This document shows positions 60,177 to 64,000 of a DNA stretch of 64,000 nt, piece after piece. The stretch's first letter is position 1. Each line of letters begins with the position of its first letter. The translations under genes were made by a program, and so were the position numbers. The DNA comes from Gemmatimonadota bacterium (GTDB lineage Bacteria > Gemmatimonadota > Gemmatimonadetes > Palauibacterales > Palauibacteraceae). The stretch lies in the NCBI GenBank assembly GCA_039584685.1, contig JBDGXI010000007.1:6135-70134 (forward strand), in the 5' to 3' direction. A model generated the notes under the pieces. It worked only from the letters and a program-made list of their open reading frames with translations, was not told where the DNA came from and made no database searches.

Positions 60177-61433
60177 TCACTCGCCCCCCCACGCCCGCAC
60201 CGCCAGGGTCACGTTGTGCCCGCCGAACCCGAACGAGTTCGACAGAGCCGCCCGTACCGTGGTTTCTGTGGGTCCATCGACTCCGTAGTTGAGGTCGCAC
60301 TCGGGATCGGGCGTCTCGTAGTTGATCGTCGGAGGAACCAGGCCTCGTTGACACACGAGCAGCGAGACTCCAGCCTCGATCGCCCCGGCCGCCCCCAGCG
60401 TATGTCCCGTCATGGACTTGGTCGAGCCGACGACGATCTCACGCGCTCGTTCTCCAAGAACGGCCTTGATGGCCACGGTCTCCGTCGAGTCGTTGGCCGG
60501 GGTGGATGTCCCGTGGGCGTTGATGTAGTCGACCTCACGTGCGTCCAGGCCAGCGTCTTCCATCGCCATGCGCATCGCGATCTGCGCCCCTGCCCCCTCG
60601 GGGGCAGGCGACGTCATGTGGTACGCGTCGGCGCTCTGCCCGAAACCCGCTAGCTCGCCGAGGATCTTCGCCCCACGCGCCACGGCATGCTCCTTCGCCT
60701 CCAGCACCATGATGCCTGCCCCTTCTCCGAGCACGAAGCCATCCCGCGTGAGATCGAACGGTCGGGACGCTGTCTCCGGTGAGTCGTTGCGCTCGGACAG
60801 AGCCTTCATCGAAGCGAACCCGGCGATGCACAGGGGGGTGACCGTCGCTTCCGTCCCACCGGTGATCATCACATCGGTCTCCCCGATCCGGACGGAACGA
60901 TAGGCCGCTCCTACAGCATGGCCGCTCGAAGCGCACGCCGAAACCGTCGCGTAGTTCGGGCCACGGGCCCCGTACTTCATGGAGATCATGCCGGCAGCCA
61001 TGTCCCCGATGAACATCGGGATGAAGAACGGAGACACCCGGCCCGGGCCTCTTTCCAGAAGCTTCGCGTGCTGGGTCTCCATCGTGCTGAGGCCGCCGAT
61101 GCCGCTGCCGACGATGACCCCGAAGCGCTCGGGGCGAATCGAGGCGACCGCGGACTCGATATCCGCCATCTCGGCCGCCTGATGCGCCGCCCCCATCGCG
61201 AGTTGCAGGAAGCGGTCCGCCCGCCGGACTTCCTTCCTCTCCATGTAAAGTTCGGGGTCGAAGTCCTTGACTTCGCACGCGAACCGGACGGACTGATCGG
61301 AGGCGTCGAACTGCGTTATCGGAGCTCCGCCCGAGCGCCCGGCGATCAACGAATCCCACGTCTCTTCTACATCAAGGCCGACCGGCGTGATGAGGCCGAG
61401 GCCCGTGACGACCACGCGCCGCGTGTCGGACAT
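60177..61433 (-). CDS. fabF: 3-oxoacyl-ACP synthase II
   Basis: Thiolase-fold KAS with active-site region ATVSACASSGHAVG and His-His region. Confidence 0.85.
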   Translation of the reverse strand: MSDTRRVVVTGLGLITPVGLDVEETWDSLIAGRSGGAPITQFDASDQSVRFACEVKDFDPELYMERKEVRRADRFLQLAMGAAHQAAEMADIESAVASIRPERFGVIVGSGIGGLSTMETQHAKLLERGPGRVSPFFIPMFIGDMAAGMISMKYGARGPNYATVSACASSGHAVGAAYRSVRIGETDVMITGGTEATVTPLCIAGFASMKALSERNDSPETASRPFDLTRDGFVLGEGAGIMVLEAKEHAVARGAKILGELAGFGQSADAYHMTSPAPEGAGAQIAMRMAMEDAGLDAREVDYINAHGTSTPANDSTETVAIKAVLGERAREIVVGSTKSMTGHTLGAAGAIEAGVSLLVCQRGLVPPTINYETPDPECDLNYGVDGPTETTVRAALSNSFGFGGHNVTLAVRAWGGE

Positions 61434-61463
61434 CCGTGTCTCCTGCTCCTTGGAGGTGGGAGG

Positions 61464-61697
61464 TTACTCCTTGTCCTGCAGATAACGGATGGCGTCGCCC
61501 ACGGTCTGCATCTGCTCGGCGTCCTCGTCGGGGATCTCCACCCCGAACTCTTCTTCGAACGCCATCACGAGCTCGACGGTGTCAAGTGAGTCCGCACCCA
61601 GGTCTTCGACGAACGAGGCCTCGTCGGCGACCTTCTCCATCTCCACGCCCAGCTCGTTGGCAATGATCTCTCTGACTCTGTCAGCAGCGTCGGACAT
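61464..61697 (-). CDS. acpP: Acyl carrier protein
   Basis: 77 aa, phosphopantetheine site [20 protein letters not shown]. Confidence 0.85.
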   Translation of the reverse strand: MSDAADRVREIIANELGVEMEKVADEASFVEDLGADSLDTVELVMAFEEEFGVEIPDEDAEQMQTVGDAIRYLQDKE

Positions 61698-61755
61698 GAT
61701 CCAAACCTCTGTTTTTGTTGTTTCGTACCTTCCGGCGCGCCTAACGAGCCGCCGG

Positions 61756-62490
61756 CTACATCACCATGCCGCCGTCCACCACCAGCACCTGCCCGGTAAT
61801 GTAGGCAGCGGCCGGACCCGCCAGGAAGCGAATAGCTCCAGCCACATCCTCCGGAGTACCGAACCGCCCGAGCGGGATACGCTCGGCGAGACCCTCCCGC
61901 GCTTCCTCGGGAAGCTCGGCGGTCATATCCGTCTCTATGAACCCCGGCGCTACCACATTGGCCAGGACCCCTCGGGCCGCCAGCTCCTGGGCGACGGACT
62001 TCGTGAAGCCGACCAGACCTGCCTTTGACGCCGCATAGTTGGCCTGTCCGCGGTTCCCCGTCAAGCCTACCACGCTGGCTATACTGATGATGCGGCCACT
62101 TCGCCGCTTCATCATTCCACGGGCGACGGCCCGCGTCGTGTTGAATGCTCCCCGCAGGTTCGTATCCATCACGGCCTGCCAGTCCTCGTCCTTGAGGCGC
62201 ACCAGAATGTTGTCTCGCGTGATGCCCGCGTTGTTCACGAGGATGTCGACGGGCCCCAGGCAGTCCTCGACCGCCGACATCAGATCGGCACACTGGGCCG
62301 GGTCCGAGACGTCGCAAGCGAAAGCCTCACCCCTACCATCCAGTCCATCTACGGCGGCCTGGGCCCGCTCCTTGGACCTGGCGACGACAGCCACCGATGC
62401 TCCGGCTCGACTGAGCTCGCTGGCCGTGGCCCTGCCGATCCCTCTCGATCCGCCCGTGACGACGGCCACCTTGCCCTCCAGCTCACGCAT
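61756..62490 (-). CDS. fabG: 3-oxoacyl-ACP reductase
   Basis: SDR motifs [12 protein letters not shown], YxxxK. Confidence 0.85.
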   Translation of the reverse strand: MRELEGKVAVVTGGSRGIGRATASELSRAGASVAVVARSKERAQAAVDGLDGRGEAFACDVSDPAQCADLMSAVEDCLGPVDILVNNAGITRDNILVRLKDEDWQAVMDTNLRGAFNTTRAVARGMMKRRSGRIISIASVVGLTGNRGQANYAASKAGLVGFTKSVAQELAARGVLANVVAPGFIETDMTAELPEEAREGLAERIPLGRFGTPEDVAGAIRFLAGPAAAYITGQVLVVDGGMVM

Positions 62491-63436
62491 CGTCGGCCTC
62501 CTCCAGAAGAGCCTCCACCTCGTCGAGATCCTCCGGACCCCCGACCGGGCGGACGTTAATCGTCCGGTCGATGCGCCGCATCAATCCGGTCAGGACTTTG
62601 CCCGGTCCCACCTCGAACCAGACGTCCGGCTCGGTCTCGATCATCGATCGGACGCATTCTACCCAGCGGACCGGTGACGTCAACTGCTCGACGAGAAGCT
62701 CTTCGGCCCGTGCAGCACGCATGACCGGGATCGCGGCCGCATTCGCAACGACCGGAAACACCGGGTCGCGCACCTCTACGTCTCGCAGGGCGAGGGAGAG
62801 CCCATCGCGTGCTTCCGCCATGAGGGGGGAGTGGAACGCCCCGCTGACGTTCAAGCGAACGGCCCGCTTCGCTCCTGCCTCCAGTGCTCGCTCCATCGCG
62901 ACCTCGACCGCATCGACGTCACCGCTGATCACGATCTGACCCGGCGCGTTGTAGTTCGCGGGAACCACCGTACCGGCCGCTACCTCCGAGCAGACTTCCT
63001 GGACAGGCTCGGGGTCCAGACCGATCACCGCTGCCATCGTGCCCGGCCGCACCGTGCCCGCTCTACCCATGAGTTCGCCGCGCCTCCGCACCAGCCGCAG
63101 AGCATCTTCGAGATCGATCGCCCCCGCCGTCAGGTAGGCAGTGAATTCTCCGAGCGAATGGCCCGCCGAGACGGTTACTCTCCGACGAACCGCTTCGGGC
63201 AGGCAGCTCCACGCCGCATAGCTGTGCAGCAGGATGGCTGGTTGGGCGTTCTCCGTGCGCCTGAGCTCCTCCTCCGGCCCTTCCCAGCAGATCTGTCGGA
63301 GGTCGAAGCCCAGCACTTCGTTGGCTCTCTCGAACACCTCCGCCGCCCGCGGGTGGGCCGAGGCGAGATCCCTGCCCATGCCAACGAACTGCGAGCCCTG
63401 TCCGGGCAGAAGTAGAGCAATCTGTTGCGCAGACAT
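62483..63436 (-). CDS. fabD: Malonyl-CoA:ACP transacylase
   Basis: LLPGQGSQFVGMG and GHSLGE active-site motifs. Confidence 0.85.
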   Translation of the reverse strand: MSAQQIALLLPGQGSQFVGMGRDLASAHPRAAEVFERANEVLGFDLRQICWEGPEEELRRTENAQPAILLHSYAAWSCLPEAVRRRVTVSAGHSLGEFTAYLTAGAIDLEDALRLVRRRGELMGRAGTVRPGTMAAVIGLDPEPVQEVCSEVAAGTVVPANYNAPGQIVISGDVDAVEVAMERALEAGAKRAVRLNVSGAFHSPLMAEARDGLSLALRDVEVRDPVFPVVANAAAIPVMRAARAEELLVEQLTSPVRWVECVRSMIETEPDVWFEVGPGKVLTGLMRRIDRTINVRPVGGPEDLDEVEALLEEADDA

Positions 63437-63493
63437 AGTCCGTAAGTCCTCCCAGGAGCGCCGCGCACAGCGCGGAGCGGTGTGGGTTGCGGT

Positions 63494-64000
63494 TCAGCGG
63501 CGGCGGATCTTCCTCCACACGCGTGCCGTCCGACTCGTCGGCCCGAGCTCGGATGCGAGATCCGCCACCATGCCGGACTCGACACACGTAACCGCCGTCC
63601 GAATCGCGTTCTTGATCGCCCGGGCTGACGACCCGCCATGACAGATGATCGACACCCCGTTCACGCCGAGAAGTGGCGCCCCACCGTACTCAGCGTAGTC
63701 CACGGTTCGATACACTTCTTTCAAACCCGCCCCGTACGTCCCCGGATCGAGATGGCTTTCCAGGACACCCGAGATGAAACCGGCCACGGATTCGTAGAAT
63801 TTGAGCAGCACGTTGCCCACGAATCCATCGCATACGAGCACATCGCAGGCATCTTCGAGGATCCTGTCTCCCTCGATGTTTCCGACGAAGTTCAGCTCCT
63901 CGTCCTCCTGCAGGAGCCTGTGGGTCGCCACCGTCCGCGTGTCGCCTTTGGACGCCTCTTTTCCCACGTTGAGCAACCCGACCCGCGGAGCCTCCAGGGC
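63494..64000 (-). CDS. plsX: Phosphate acyltransferase PlsX, C-terminal half (gene continues beyond window end)
   Basis: PlsX C-terminal motifs (DGFVGNVLLK, GGAPLLGVNGVSIICHGGSSARAIKNAI). Confidence 0.7.
   Translation of the reverse strand, partial: ALEAPRVGLLNVGKEASKGDTRTVATHRLLQEDEELNFVGNIEGDRILEDACDVLVCDGFVGNVLLKFYESVAGFISGVLESHLDPGTYGAGLKEVYRTVDYAEYGGAPLLGVNGVSIICHGGSSARAIKNAIRTAVTCVESGMVADLASELGPTSRTARVWRKIRRR

Overview
This is a high-GC (~65-67%), very compact bacterial chromosome segment with about 60 genes. The gene content suggests a lipopolysaccharide-producing diderm, possibly a Gemmatimonadota-like lineage, but that is a low-confidence guess from content alone.

The plus strand carries one unbroken co-directional string of about 26 kb: prfB(3' end)-lysS-lolCE-lolD-mcsA-mcsB-clpC-bamA-skp-lpxD-lpxC/fabZ-lpxA-[Gfo/Idh/MocA oxidoreductase]-[44-codon ORF]-lpxB-[DUF374]-lpxK-nadB-rlmH-[methyltransferase]-bshC, then a small membrane protein, murJ and uvrC. 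Most junctions in this string are 4-nt ATGA/GTGA overlaps. It is followed by a TPR protein, a DUF512 radical-SAM-like protein, der-plsY-gpsA, a MerR-like regulator, surE-pcm, dedA and a YfgM-like TPR gene.

The minus strand carries a second operon-like block of about 17 kb: pyrG-kdsA-kdsC-kdsD-lptC-lptA-lptB, a 129-nt gap, then rpoN overlapping by 4 nt into a seven-gene glycosylation cluster. That cluster reads GT2(ArnC/GtrB-like)-GT-C(ArnT/PMT-like)-GT4-methyltransferase-YfhO-UPF0104-GT2(DPM1-like). Further along the minus strand are a secreted beta-helix protein, a nitroreductase, xerC/D, dedA, ispF, purE, two MqnC/MqnE-type radical-SAM genes, fabF-acpP-fabG-fabD and the plsX 3' end.

No rRNA, tRNA, CRISPR array or mobile element was recognisable.

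The most interesting items are these:
- a YfhO-type three-component glycosylation module plus an ArnC/ArnT-like module in an LPS diderm, co-transcribed with rpoN and the lpt/kds genes;
- a Firmicute-type McsA/McsB/ClpC phospho-arginine module inserted between lolCDE and bamA;
- a Gfo/Idh/MocA oxidoreductase (GnnA-like?) plus an overlapping 44-codon membrane ORF inside the lpx cluster;
- apparent frame breaks in murJ and uvrC;
- a non-canonical CX5CX2C radical-SAM motif in one Mqn paralog.

All calls come from reading the six-frame translations for family-defining motifs; no database search was run.
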